Counted from the first letter of the stretch, positions 28,592 to 38,226 are shown. The stretch is 64,000 bases of DNA from an uncultured Gammaproteobacteria bacterium (GCA_964599625.1 CAZRGC010000003.1:97759-161758); one strand, 5' to 3'. Made by a program: numbers and translations. Notes: generated by a model from the sequence alone, not told the origin.

Positions 28592-30763
28592 ATGGCAGAA
28601 GTTGCAAAGAAAAAGGCAAGTATTGTTATGACGGCCACCAAGGACCGTGTAGTTTCCTATGAAAAAATTAGAAACATAGGAATTATTGCCCACATCGACG
28701 CAGGAAAAACTACAACAACAGAGAGGCTTCTTTATGAAACAGGCAGGACCTACAAATTGGGGAGTGTCGATGATGGAACCACAGTTACAGATTGGATGGC
28801 CCAAGAAAGGGAGCGTGGGATCACAATTGTTTCTGCTGCAATCACCGCTTTTTGGGACCTTAAAACAGATTCGTCTGTAGAAGCTGGTCATTACAGAATT
28901 AACCTTATTGATACACCAGGCCACATCGACTTTACTGCAGAGGTAGAAAGAAGTTTGAGAGTTCTAGACGGTGCTGTAATGGTATTTGATGGAAGGACAG
29001 GTGTTGAGTCCCAATCCGAAACAGTTTGGAGACAGGCAGATAAATACAACGTCCCAAGAATTTGTGTTCTAAATAAACTCAACTTGATTGGAGCTGACTT
29101 TGAAAGCTCAATCCAATCAATCAGAGAAAGACTCAAGGCAAATGCATCCCCGGTAGTAGTTCCAATTGGTCAAGAACACGACCACAGAGGTGTTGTGAAC
29201 CTTATTACAATGAAAGCTTTGACATTCAAAGCTATCGAAGACCACGAACTTACAGAAGGAGAAATTCCTGCAGAAGTTGCCGACATGGCCCAAAAATACA
29301 GAGCCGAACTAATTGAAAAGGTTTCAGAATTTGACGACGAAGCTCTTAACATGTTTTTGGAAGGAAAAGAACCGGATGAAATAACTCTTAAGCGGGCAAT
29401 CAGAAAAGGAGTTATTGCCGGCAAGTTCTTCCCCGTATTTGGTGGAGACAACAGAACTGCAGAAAGCCAGTTGCTTTTGAACGGGGTTGTGGAATTTTTG
29501 CCGTCTCCAATCGACGTTCCACCTGTGGTCGGTTCAAATCCCAAGACCGGAGAAGAAGAAAAAAGAGAAAGAAAGAACGAAGCTCCGCTTTCCGCTTTGG
29601 CATTCAAGGTTATCACGGATCCTCATGTAGGACGATTGGTTTATATGAGAGTTTATTCCGGAACACTCAAAACAGGACAAGAAGTCTATAACTCATCCAA
29701 ACAAAAATACGAAAGAATTGGAAAACTGGTTCTTTTGCACGCTGACCAAAGAGAGCTTATTGAAGAAGCATTCGCAGGAGAAATTGTTGCGGTTGTCGGT
29801 GTAAAAGATACTTCTACAGGTGATACGGTTTGTGATTCGGATCATCCAATATTCTTGGAGTCAATTTCGTTCCCAGAACCTGTCATATCACTGGCAATCG
29901 AACCCGCAACCAAATCTGATCAAGAAAAAATGGGAATTGCCCTTTCCAAGCTTTCGGACGAAGATCCAACCTTTAGAATCAAAAGCAATCCCGAGACAGG
30001 GCAGACAATTATCTCCGGTATGGGTGAGTTGCAGCTAGAGGTTTTGGTAGACCGTATGAAACGGGAATTCAATGTTGTCGCTAATACCGGTGCTCCGCAG
30101 GTTGCGTACAAAGAAACAATCAAAAAATCAGGCGATGGAGAAGGAAAATACATCAGACAAACAGGAGGACGCGGACAGTATGGACACTGTCTCCTTAGAC
30201 TTGAACCTTTGGGCAGGGGTGAGGGTTTTGAATTCAAGAGTGAAATCAAAGGAGGGGCAATTCCACAAGAATACATTGGGCCAATCGAAAAAGGTGTCAA
30301 AGAAAAGATGGAGAATGGAGTTTTGGCGGGCTTTCCTATGGTTGACATGAGAGTTGTCGTTTATGACGGATCATTCCACGAAGTTGACTCTTCTGAAATG
30401 GCCTTCAAGATTGCAGGATCGATGGCTCTTGAGGATGGTTTCAAAAAATCAGATCCGGGACTTTTGGAGCCCATAATGAAGATAGAGGTTTTCACCCCAG
30501 GTGAATTCATGGGAGATGTCATAGGAGACCTTTCTAGTAAACGTGCACAAATTTCAGGGTCCGAAGAAAAAGCGGGAGAAACAGTTATCTACGGCAGTGT
30601 TCCTTTGGCCGAGCTTTCTGGTTATGCAACCAAACTTAGGTCGTTGACTCAGGGTCGTGCCAGGGCCTATGTGGAGCCGTCACACTATGACGACGTTCCT
30701 TCGCATATAGCCGCGCAGGTTATAGAAAAGGCAGGTAAAGTTACAATGGCCAGGGGCCAGTAA
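28592..30763 (+). CDS. fusA: elongation factor G
   Basis: G1 is AHIDAGKTT, and DTPGH, NKLD-type motifs and domains III-V follow. Confidence 0.96.
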   Translation: MAEVAKKKASIVMTATKDRVVSYEKIRNIGIIAHIDAGKTTTTERLLYETGRTYKLGSVDDGTTVTDWMAQERERGITIVSAAITAFWDLKTDSSVEAGHYRINLIDTPGHIDFTAEVERSLRVLDGAVMVFDGRTGVESQSETVWRQADKYNVPRICVLNKLNLIGADFESSIQSIRERLKANASPVVVPIGQEHDHRGVVNLITMKALTFKAIEDHELTEGEIPAEVADMAQKYRAELIEKVSEFDDEALNMFLEGKEPDEITLKRAIRKGVIAGKFFPVFGGDNRTAESQLLLNGVVEFLPSPIDVPPVVGSNPKTGEEEKRERKNEAPLSALAFKVITDPHVGRLVYMRVYSGTLKTGQEVYNSSKQKYERIGKLVLLHADQRELIEEAFAGEIVAVVGVKDTSTGDTVCDSDHPIFLESISFPEPVISLAIEPATKSDQEKMGIALSKLSDEDPTFRIKSNPETGQTIISGMGELQLEVLVDRMKREFNVVANTGAPQVAYKETIKKSGDGEGKYIRQTGGRGQYGHCLLRLEPLGRGEGFEFKSEIKGGAIPQEYIGPIEKGVKEKMENGVLAGFPMVDMRVVVYDGSFHEVDSSEMAFKIAGSMALEDGFKKSDPGLLEPIMKIEVFTPGEFMGDVIGDLSSKRAQISGSEEKAGETVIYGSVPLAELSGYATKLRSLTQGRARAYVEPSHYDDVPSHIAAQVIEKAGKVTMARGQ

Positions 30764-30805
30764 AGTATTTGACTTAAAAACCCCGCGGTGTAAACTGAAT
30801 TAAGT

Positions 30806-31600
30806 ATGAATTTCTTTAAGAAAGTTGCTTCTAGTGTTTATTCCCCGGAGTTCTATTCCCAAATACCCAAAATGACACTTGGTTCTGTGTTGGGTTATTT
30901 TTTCTTGCTGCTTCTAGTGGTCGAACTTGTCATGTTTGGCAAAAGCATGCCGGAGTTTATGTTTGGTTTCTCAGGAAAGATAAAATCTACAATAAGCGAG
31001 GTTATCGACACTTATCCCAGTAATTTGGTTTTGACAATCAAAGATGGAGCGCTTTCCACCAATGTTAAGGAGCCTTACTACCTTATGGATAAAACCAACA
31101 ACAAGTTCGCGGTTATAGACACAAAAACTGCATACTCTGCCGATCAATTTAAAAAGTACAACGTACCGGTCTGGGTTACCAAAGATACTGTTTTTTACCA
31201 AGACAGCGACCAAATCAAGAGCAATAGTTTTGTAGAGATGAAAGATATGGTGGTAAACAAAGAACTTGTAAACAGTTTTTCTGCCAAAATATCTCCCTGG
31301 ATTCCATATTTTGGCCCTGTTGTTATGATTTTTGCACTCGTAACTCTTTACGCCCTCCAATCTTTCAGACTGGTTTATGGGTTTTTCCTTGCACTTTTAA
31401 TTTTGCTGGTTGCCAAAATGACCAAGAAAAGTCTGACGTATAAAGAATCTTACAAAGTAGGGATATTTGCCATGACACTACCCTTTATTTTAGAAGCGCT
31501 TAATACCTATATCGGTTGGAAGGCTTTTCCGTTCACTTTTACTATAATTGCACTTATTGTTGTTGGCGTAAATTTTGCAGGATCCAACTCGAAGAAGTAG
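30806..31600 (+). CDS. hypothetical membrane protein between fusA and tuf
   Basis: 264 aa. It has an N-terminal TM helix, a central soluble region and about four C-terminal TM helices. Confidence 0.45.
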   Translation: MNFFKKVASSVYSPEFYSQIPKMTLGSVLGYFFLLLLVVELVMFGKSMPEFMFGFSGKIKSTISEVIDTYPSNLVLTIKDGALSTNVKEPYYLMDKTNNKFAVIDTKTAYSADQFKKYNVPVWVTKDTVFYQDSDQIKSNSFVEMKDMVVNKELVNSFSAKISPWIPYFGPVVMIFALVTLYALQSFRLVYGFFLALLILLVAKMTKKSLTYKESYKVGIFAMTLPFILEALNTYIGWKAFPFTFTIIALIVVGVNFAGSNSKK

Positions 31601-31610
31601 AATATTCCTA

Positions 31611-31640
31611 TTGACAGCTTTATTTAGGCTCAATTATAAT
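31611..31640 (+). promoter_or_regulatory. sigma70-type promoter for tuf (TTGACA-N18-TATAAT)
   Basis: Exact consensus hexamers 115 nt upstream of the tuf ATG. An inverted repeat gatttcttagagaaatc lies downstream of the -10. Confidence 0.6.
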
Positions 31641-31754
31641 TGCTCTAGGTAATTAGATTTCTTAGAGAAATCATAATAACTTTGGAGGCTAAATATGCCT
31701 CTTGTTTTTTGAAAGACAGTTATTTATACTAGCATTTCGGTAAAATTAAAAAAA

Positions 31755-32945
31755 ATGGCAGACGCAAAACAAAAATTTGATCGCAGCAAACCACACGTAA
31801 ACATTGGTACTATTGGTCACGTTGATCACGGAAAGACAACCTTGACCTCTGCTATCACCATGGTTCTTGCCAAGCAAGGACTCGCCACAGCTAAGAAATA
31901 CGAAGACATCGATTCAGCCCCAGAAGAGAAAGAAAGAGGAGTTACAATCAACCTTTCTCACCAAGAATACCAAACAGCAAAAAGACACTATGCTCATATT
32001 GACGCTCCTGGCCATGCCGACTATATCAAGAACATGATTACCGGTGCAGCACAAATGGACGGAGCAATTCTGGTTGTTTCCGCAGCAGACGGACCCATGC
32101 CTCAGACAAGAGAACACGTTATTTTGGCCAGACAGGTTAACGTGCCAGCTTTGGTAGTTTTCCTCAACAAATGTGATACAGTTGATGATCCAGAAATTAT
32201 CGACTTGGTAGAAGCAGACGTAAGAGAACTTCTCAAAAAATACGAATACCCAGGAGATGAAGTTCCTGTAATTCGAGGTTCCGCTCTCAAAGCAGTCGAA
32301 GGCGACGCAGAAGCAGAAAAGAAGATCACAGAGCTCATGGATGCAGTAGACAGCTACATCCCTGATCCTGTAAGACAAACAGATAAACCTTTCTTAATGC
32401 CTGTTGAAGACGTATTTACAATTTCAGGACGCGGAACAGTTGTTACAGGTAGAGTAGAACGCGGAGTTATCAAAGTTAACGAAGAAATTGAAATAGTTGG
32501 TATCAAAGACACAGCAAAGTCAGTTGTCACAGGTCTTGAGATGTTCAGGAAGACTTTGGACGAGGCTATGGCAGGTGACAACGTTGGAGTTCTTCTAAGA
32601 GGTGTAGAAAAAGATCAAGTAGAAAGAGGACAAGTTCTCGCAAAGTCGGGAAGTGTTACTCCGCACACAGAATTTGAAGCAGAAGTTTATATTCTTTCAA
32701 AGGAAGAAGGAGGAAGACACACGCCTTTCTTTACAGGTTACAAACCTCAGTTTTATATTAGGACTGCAGATGTAACAGGAGAAGCAACACTCCCCGAAGG
32801 AATCGAAATGGTTATGCCTGGCGACAACGCTAAGATGAAAGTCAAACTTATTCAGCCAGTAGCTCTCGAGGAAGGTCTTAGGTTTGCAATCAGAGAAGGC
32901 GGACACACAGTAGGTGCAGGAGTTATCACCAAGGTACTTGTATAA
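31755..32945 (+). CDS. tuf: elongation factor Tu
   Basis: [17 protein letters not shown] and NKCD motifs in a 396-aa protein. Confidence 0.97.
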   Translation: MADAKQKFDRSKPHVNIGTIGHVDHGKTTLTSAITMVLAKQGLATAKKYEDIDSAPEEKERGVTINLSHQEYQTAKRHYAHIDAPGHADYIKNMITGAAQMDGAILVVSAADGPMPQTREHVILARQVNVPALVVFLNKCDTVDDPEIIDLVEADVRELLKKYEYPGDEVPVIRGSALKAVEGDAEAEKKITELMDAVDSYIPDPVRQTDKPFLMPVEDVFTISGRGTVVTGRVERGVIKVNEEIEIVGIKDTAKSVVTGLEMFRKTLDEAMAGDNVGVLLRGVEKDQVERGQVLAKSGSVTPHTEFEAEVYILSKEEGGRHTPFFTGYKPQFYIRTADVTGEATLPEGIEMVMPGDNAKMKVKLIQPVALEEGLRFAIREGGHTVGAGVITKVLV

Positions 32946-32985
32946 CCGCTAAAAGCTTTCACGCTTCTAGCTCTTTCATAAGGAT

Positions 32986-33291
32986 ATGGCAATTAGACTA
33001 AGAGTCAAACTTAAAAGTTATGACCACAGGGTCTTAGATGAAGCAGCCGGTAAAATTATAGATACCGCGCTATCATCTGGTGCAAAAATTGTCGGTCCTA
33101 TTCCTCTCCCCACAAACCGCAGCGTAATGGCAATCAAAGAATCACCATTTACGGACAAAGACGCTCAGGAACACTTTGAAGTTCTAACCCACAAAAGACT
33201 TATTGATATTTTGGACCCAACCCCCAGAACTGTTGATTCTTTGGGCAACCTCGACCTCCCTGCGGGAGTTTCTATCGAGATTAAGATGTAA
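32986..33291 (+). CDS. rpsJ: 30S ribosomal protein S10
   Basis: A 101-aa protein with the [16 protein letters not shown] signature of S10/NusE. Confidence 0.95.
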   Translation: MAIRLRVKLKSYDHRVLDEAAGKIIDTALSSGAKIVGPIPLPTNRSVMAIKESPFTDKDAQEHFEVLTHKRLIDILDPTPRTVDSLGNLDLPAGVSIEIKM

Positions 33292-33310
33292 GGCCTCTTG
33301 TTCGACCAAA

Positions 33311-33346
33311 CCCCATAGTTGGAATAACTGAACTACCTGATATAAT
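33311..33346 (+). promoter_or_regulatory. promoter-only copy of island cassette (CCCATAGTTGGAA-N16-TATAAT)
   Basis: It shares the CCCATAGTT-(-35) core with the three full cassettes. It lies immediately after the rpsJ stop. Confidence 0.45.
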
Positions 33347-33392
33347 GCCAATGTCTGAATTAAGTTAGATCTTTGTACAATCAAAAAGGAAT

Positions 33393-33701
33393 TTGACTAT
33401 GGATCCGATAAGAGTAGTTGTTGCAGTGGATGGCGACAAGGCAAAGTTCCACACCACTTTTCCGTTGGACGTGTATTTACCAGGACGACAAAAAAGGTCT
33501 GAAAAAGGCCAGGAGCTGGTAAACAAGTTGAAAGAGGTCAAGGGTATTAAAAACGAAGAGTTGGATATCTGGATCTACGAATATGAAATTTCGGCCAATA
33601 AGCTACACGCCTTTAAATGGAAGGATGAGGTCGCACCTGCTGTAGTTGAGGTTCTCAAGACCTTTTACAATCTCGGCACAGTCGAAATTGTATACGAATA
33701 A
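33393..33701 (+). CDS. hypothetical protein (island ORF 1)
   Basis: A 102-aa ORF with no recognisable motif. It is preceded by the cassette promoter. Confidence 0.4.
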   Translation: MTMDPIRVVVAVDGDKAKFHTTFPLDVYLPGRQKRSEKGQELVNKLKEVKGIKNEELDIWIYEYEISANKLHAFKWKDEVAPAVVEVLKTFYNLGTVEIVYE

Positions 33702-33734
33702 TACCCTGTCCGAATATCTGTTGTGTTAGTTTTT

Positions 33735-33823
33735 GCTCCGCTTTGTGGAAATTTCCCGGGCGGAGTTTTTTGTGGCCAACATTAGTCCCATAGTTGGATT
33801 TATGGTGGTTAATCTGCTAGAAT
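33735..33823 (+). repeat. hairpin + T-run + promoter cassette, copy A
   Basis: ctccgc…gcggag stem, TTTTTTGTGGCC, CCCATAGTTGGAT-N18-TAGAAT. Confidence 0.7.
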
Positions 33824-33866
33824 CCGCTAGCACGTTGAATTATTACAGAACGTCCTTGGAGGAACA

Positions 33867-35015
33867 ATGATTCTTGGACTGAAATTAACTGTCGAAAACG
33901 ACGATATTGTCGACATTGGCGGAGATTTGTACGTCAAAAACTCCAAAGCCATGAAGCGTCTTCACAGGGAGCTTCGCTACCTGGGATACCAAATCGACAA
34001 CTTGCGGCACGATAAATACCGCTTGGACAAGGGAGCCACCCCGCGCGAAATGGAAAAAGGTGGTTGGTCGCTTTGGTTTGCCAAGTTACCCAATATCAGA
34101 CGTGGTGTCTGTGGAAGCTGTGGAGCAACCATTTCCACTCTCGGCATTCAGTCACACGGCCACAAATGCGAGAGGTGCGGCGAAGTGACCTACTGGGAAA
34201 TGGTGGAAGGATCAGTAATCCGGTTCGTCTTTTTGCAAAAAGAGGGCCGTGGAATGTGGGATCCCGAGCTTAAGATGAAAGTGCACCATTGGGATACGCG
34301 TGAAGGGCTTTTATATCTTTACCCGGAAGCCTTGGAAGGTGGCCTTTCGACTGTGACGGGAGATACAGCACGGCAGTACTTGGGCAATAACCACGAAAAG
34401 TGGAATGTAGTCACGATCGATGGCCAAAAAATTATCGTGATCAAGTACCCCAAGCAGTGGCGGCGCGATACGGCTGTTATCGAACCTTATGAGATTTACG
34501 GTCATCAGTGGAATCACAAGATCGTCAAAATCTACAAAGGTAAACATTACAGTGACTGGGACCGGCTCCCTGTTCCCGAGACATTTTCTATCTACGAAAC
34601 CTGGCACTGGGACAAGCTTGTGGCTTCGCCAACATTGCACAGGCGTGTATTGCAGGCTGTTCACAACACCGATGACAAGGGTTGGCACTACCAAGACGGT
34701 CGTCCCTGGTTTAGAGAAGGAAGCTGGAAGGGCATGGCAAAGTTTATTCGCCATTTTACAGCCCTTGATGCTGATGCCTTTGACCGAGCCTGGCCACGTT
34801 TCAGAAACGACGGTCCCGGCGGGATCGACGACTTGGCACACTTCTGTCACCCCAAAGCCATCACTCGTGATGAGCCAAACATAGGTAATGTTCTTGTTGC
34901 CATGGGGAAACGCATGGAAAATAAGTCTCTCACGCGCGATGAGATCGAAGCAGCCAAACGCGGCTTGAGCGATCCATTGACGGGTGATTTTTTACGTTCC
35001 CTGCGTAAGCGTTAG
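33867..35015 (+). CDS. hypothetical Trp/His/Arg-rich protein with Cys4 zinc ribbon (island ORF 2)
   Basis: 382 aa containing CGSCG…(14)…CERCG and many W/H residues. Its GC looks clearly higher than the surrounding ribosomal genes. Confidence 0.45.
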   Translation: MILGLKLTVENDDIVDIGGDLYVKNSKAMKRLHRELRYLGYQIDNLRHDKYRLDKGATPREMEKGGWSLWFAKLPNIRRGVCGSCGATISTLGIQSHGHKCERCGEVTYWEMVEGSVIRFVFLQKEGRGMWDPELKMKVHHWDTREGLLYLYPEALEGGLSTVTGDTARQYLGNNHEKWNVVTIDGQKIIVIKYPKQWRRDTAVIEPYEIYGHQWNHKIVKIYKGKHYSDWDRLPVPETFSIYETWHWDKLVASPTLHRRVLQAVHNTDDKGWHYQDGRPWFREGSWKGMAKFIRHFTALDADAFDRAWPRFRNDGPGGIDDLAHFCHPKAITRDEPNIGNVLVAMGKRMENKSLTRDEIEAAKRGLSDPLTGDFLRSLRKR

Positions 35016-35018
35016 TTT

Positions 35019-35106
35019 TGGAGTCTCACTCCGCCTTGTGGAAATTTCCCGGGCGGAGTTTTTTGTGGCTAAAATAAGCCCCATAGTTTGACATAACTTT
35101 GAACCT
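35019..35106 (+). repeat. hairpin + T-run + promoter cassette, copy B
   Basis: ctccgc…gcggag stem, TTTTTTGTGGCT, CCCATAGTTTGACA-N17-TATATT. Confidence 0.7.
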
Positions 35107-35156
35107 TTGATATATTCACAAGGTTTATTTGCACATTATGGTTAAAAGGAGAGACT

Positions 35157-35660
35157 ATGGGAATTACCCATGCAGAGGGTGTTGACTTGCAAGAGTGGGC
35201 GAATGCTCACAAACCGGATGATGACTTGATTTACAGGGATGGTTATTGGCATCAAATCATCTTTGTCCGGGATCGCTTGCCACAGCCGCTTTTTGGCTCA
35301 TACGAAGAGTACAAAGCCAATCCGGTACGCGTGGTGGGTGATCATACAAGCAAATCAGTACTCCTTCCTGTTTACAGTATCAAATTTGCTCCTCTCGAAA
35401 TTCGGATGCGTTACAACTTTTACGACTGGAAAGTGAGTGTGGTATCTCAAGTTCCCATCAGGTCGAACTTTTACCCGTTCCTTTTTAGAGATGAAGCTGT
35501 GCACCCGGTTTATTTTGAGGGTTTTACCAATGACTGGGTTTTTGGCTCCTACTCTGCCGACAACACCAAATTTTCTGTTGAAATTAGCAACGAACACATG
35601 TTGTTCGCTTTCATGGCTATTTTAGCGGGTGATTTGGGCTTGGGAGGCAATAAGAAGTAG
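35157..35660 (+). CDS. hypothetical protein (island ORF 3)
   Basis: A 167-aa ORF with no recognisable motif. Confidence 0.4.
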   Translation: MGITHAEGVDLQEWANAHKPDDDLIYRDGYWHQIIFVRDRLPQPLFGSYEEYKANPVRVVGDHTSKSVLLPVYSIKFAPLEIRMRYNFYDWKVSVVSQVPIRSNFYPFLFRDEAVHPVYFEGFTNDWVFGSYSADNTKFSVEISNEHMLFAFMAILAGDLGLGGNKK

Positions 35661-35673
35661 TTTGGAGCTCAAC

Positions 35674-35761
35674 TCCGCTTTGTGGAAATTTCCCGAGCGG
35701 AGTTTTTTGTGGCAAAAACAAGTCCCATAGTTTGACAAAGCCTCGAATATGGTTTTATAAT
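35674..35761 (+). repeat. hairpin + T-run + promoter cassette, copy C
   Basis: ctccgc…gcggag stem, TTTTTTGTGGCA, CCCATAGTTTGACA-N18-TATAAT. Confidence 0.7.
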
Positions 35762-35922
35762 CATCTGTTGTCAGAAATTTGTACTTTACAAAAAATAGCT
35801 TGGCAGGCAGCTTTTTACCCGTAAAATTTATGGTTGAAAAGCTGCCTACGGATGATAGTGAGGCGTATGGGAGCACTCCTAAAACAAAAACCAAATAAAA
35901 ATTAGAAAGTAACAGGAGCAAA

Positions 35923-36300
35923 ATGTCTCAATCTCAAAAGCGCGTTTCCGAACGCGAGGTACCCGAAGTCAATCCCAACAAGAGGTTTTTCCCAGACTTT
36001 CCTCTTTGCAACGACACGGCTACCCACACAAGCTATTCATACAGGAACAAGAAGGATGTCGGTGAAAAGGGTGTCGCCTTGGTAGAGGCTGTTTTGGCAA
36101 TCCACGGCGTGATCGATCTGACGATCTCAAAGAATGAACTTCGGGTCGTCAAACAACCTGCCCACACCTGGGAAGAGGTTACACCTTTGATCCACAATGC
36201 TTTCAGGCATGTTTACGGCGACGATATCAAATTTATCGGAGAAAACAAGGCTATTTTGGCCTACAGACGTCTCCGAGTTGCCATGAACGTGGCTAAGTAA
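35923..36300 (+). CDS. hypothetical protein (island ORF 4)
   Basis: A 125-aa ORF. The 160-nt leader contains an 11-bp hairpin at 35805-35847. Confidence 0.4.
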   Translation: MSQSQKRVSEREVPEVNPNKRFFPDFPLCNDTATHTSYSYRNKKDVGEKGVALVEAVLAIHGVIDLTISKNELRVVKQPAHTWEEVTPLIHNAFRHVYGDDIKFIGENKAILAYRRLRVAMNVAK

Positions 36301-36315
36301 CATCAATGGCCTTCC

Positions 36316-36393
36316 GGCCCAAATCTCACAAGGTTTGGGCCTTTTTTGTGGGTTTGACCCGTGCTTGCGGCGTTTTGGTATATCTGATATAAT
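36316..36393 (+). repeat. degenerate cassette copy D: hairpin + T-run + promoter in front of rplC
   Basis: The stem is ggcccaaa…tttgggcc, followed by TTTTTTGTGGG and TTTGACC. A -10 TATAAT lies at 36388-36393 with a weak -35 TTGCGG. Confidence 0.55.
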
Positions 36394-36539
36394 TCCGAAT
36401 AACAAATATGGTGGTTACAATGTTTGCTCAACCACGCTAAGTTAGTCTTTGGCAGATGCCTCACTGGCGCCTTCCGAAGGCGCTTTTTTGTTTAATGTCC
36501 TTCGACTCGCAAGAGCTCGCTCTAGGATCCAAAACAAAT

Positions 36540-37265
36540 ATGATCAACACAATTTTAGGTTCCAAGCTGAAAAACAGTCAAACCTTCTTGCAAGGGTTTA
36601 GGATTCCCGTGACCAAAATCATGGCAGGCCCCTGTACAGTCACTCAAATTAAGAAAATGGACAAAGATGGATATTGGGCAGTTCAGATCGGATTCGGTAC
36701 CAGACGCACCAAAGTTACTTCAAAAGCACTCCAAGGACACCTCAAACTAACAGCAAAAGAAAACCTTTTCCCCAGACATCTTAGAGAAATAAGATTAACA
36801 GAAGAACCCGAGTTTAAAGTAGGCGATACAATAAATGTCGCCGATATTTTTGCTGCAGGGGACGTTGTTGCTGTCACTGGGGTTTCCAAAGGCAAGGGAT
36901 TTGCCGGCGTTGTCAAAAGGCACGGTTTTCGTGGAGGACCCAGAACTCATGGACAATCTGACCGCGAACGCGCACCCGGATCAATCGGACAAACAACAAC
37001 ACCAGGCAGGGTCTACAGAGGCAAAAGAATGGCAGGAAGAATGGGTGGCGAACAAATAACCATCAAAAATTTGCATGTGGTATCAGTGAATGCAGACACC
37101 GGCGAGGTGGAAATTTCAGGACAGGTTCCGGGATCCGTTGGAACACTTCTTTCAATCAAAAAGATCAAAGCAGGCAGTCTTAAAGATTTGGAACACGAAA
37201 CAGTTGCTCAGGTAGTAGAAGGAGAAGGTGCTAAGGTTGCAGGTTCGGCACCAAAATCAGAATAA
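36540..37265 (+). CDS. rplC: 50S ribosomal protein L3
   Basis: Homology begins at MINTILGSKLKNSQTF (M36540). The longer ORF starting at 36456 is an upstream overcall. Confidence 0.9.
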   Translation: MINTILGSKLKNSQTFLQGFRIPVTKIMAGPCTVTQIKKMDKDGYWAVQIGFGTRRTKVTSKALQGHLKLTAKENLFPRHLREIRLTEEPEFKVGDTINVADIFAAGDVVAVTGVSKGKGFAGVVKRHGFRGGPRTHGQSDRERAPGSIGQTTTPGRVYRGKRMAGRMGGEQITIKNLHVVSVNADTGEVEISGQVPGSVGTLLSIKKIKAGSLKDLEHETVAQVVEGEGAKVAGSAPKSE

Positions 37266-37270
37266 TCAAA

Positions 37271-37933
37271 ATGCTGAAAATAAATTCATACACACTCAAA
37301 GGTGAGAAGAAAGGAGAAATAGTTCTTCCCAAGGAGTTTGATGTCAAACTAAATCTTCCTTTGTTGGCTCAGGCAATTAGAGTTTACGAAGAAAGATCTC
37401 ATGTCGGTCTTAGAAACACAAAAACAAGATCCGAGGTCAACAGAACCACCAAAAAAATTTACAAACAAAAAGGAACAGGTGGGGCCAGACATGGAAGCAG
37501 ACGCGCTAACGTGTTTGTGGGCGGAGGCATAACTTTTGGTCCCAGACCGGAACGAAGAATCTTAACTCTTACTTCGGCTCTTAAGTCTTTGGCAAAAATG
37601 ACAGCCTTTGTTTACAAAGCAAGTGAAAAGTCGCTGATTGCTGTCGAAGGCCTTTCTAAAATTGATAAGACAAAAGTAGCCGGAGAATTTCTCAAAAAGT
37701 TATCCACCGAGCTTAAGGCAAATAGGTTCACTTTTGTAATTGCAGACAAAAACGCCGCTTCAAGAAAGTTCCTTAGAAACTTGGGCAATGCTGTTCCGAT
37801 TTCGTTCAAAGAAGTTAGCGCCTTTGATGTGGCCCGCGGTGGTGTTGTAATAATGGACGCTGATATTTTTGAAAAAGCAGCCGACAAAGCCGTAAAGACT
37901 GTCAAAAAGATAGCTGTTAAGAAGCAAACATAA
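37271..37933 (+). CDS. rplD: 50S ribosomal protein L4
   Basis: KQKGTGGARHGSRRANVFVGGGITFGPRP. Confidence 0.95.
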   Translation: MLKINSYTLKGEKKGEIVLPKEFDVKLNLPLLAQAIRVYEERSHVGLRNTKTRSEVNRTTKKIYKQKGTGGARHGSRRANVFVGGGITFGPRPERRILTLTSALKSLAKMTAFVYKASEKSLIAVEGLSKIDKTKVAGEFLKKLSTELKANRFTFVIADKNAASRKFLRNLGNAVPISFKEVSAFDVARGGVVIMDADIFEKAADKAVKTVKKIAVKKQT

Positions 37934-37950
37934 GAAATAAATATATAACT

Positions 37951-38226
37951 ATGATTAAACCAGTATTTACAGAAAAAAGTTTAACGCTTGCCAGACAGGG
38001 TAAGTATTCATTTTGGGTGGACAAAAATGCAACCAAGCCCGCGCTTAAGGCTGCCATTGCAAAAATGTTTGGAGTTCATGTTTTGTCCATTAAAACAATC
38101 ACCATCCCGGGTGAATCCAAAAGAAATGTACGAGGCAAAAAGATAGTTGTTCTCCCAAGTAAGAAGGCGGTTGTAACTCTCAAAAAAGACGAAAAAATAG
38201 ACATTTTTGAAGAAACCAAGAAATAA
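37951..38226 (+). CDS. rplW: 50S ribosomal protein L23
   Basis: A 91-aa protein with canonical L23 sequence. Confidence 0.93.
   Translation: MIKPVFTEKSLTLARQGKYSFWVDKNATKPALKAAIAKMFGVHVLSIKTITIPGESKRNVRGKKIVVLPSKKAVVTLKKDEKIDIFEETKK

Noticed and set aside
33735-35761. Island repeats considered as integron attC sites / gene cassettes
   Set aside because: There is no intI nearby. The repeats lack the RYYYAAC…GTTRRRY core sites. Each repeat contains a consensus promoter, unlike promoterless integron cassettes.
36456-36539. Upstream 28-codon extension of rplC (MPHWRLPKALF…)
   Set aside because: L3 homology starts at MINTILG (36540). The extension overlaps the cassette D promoter region.
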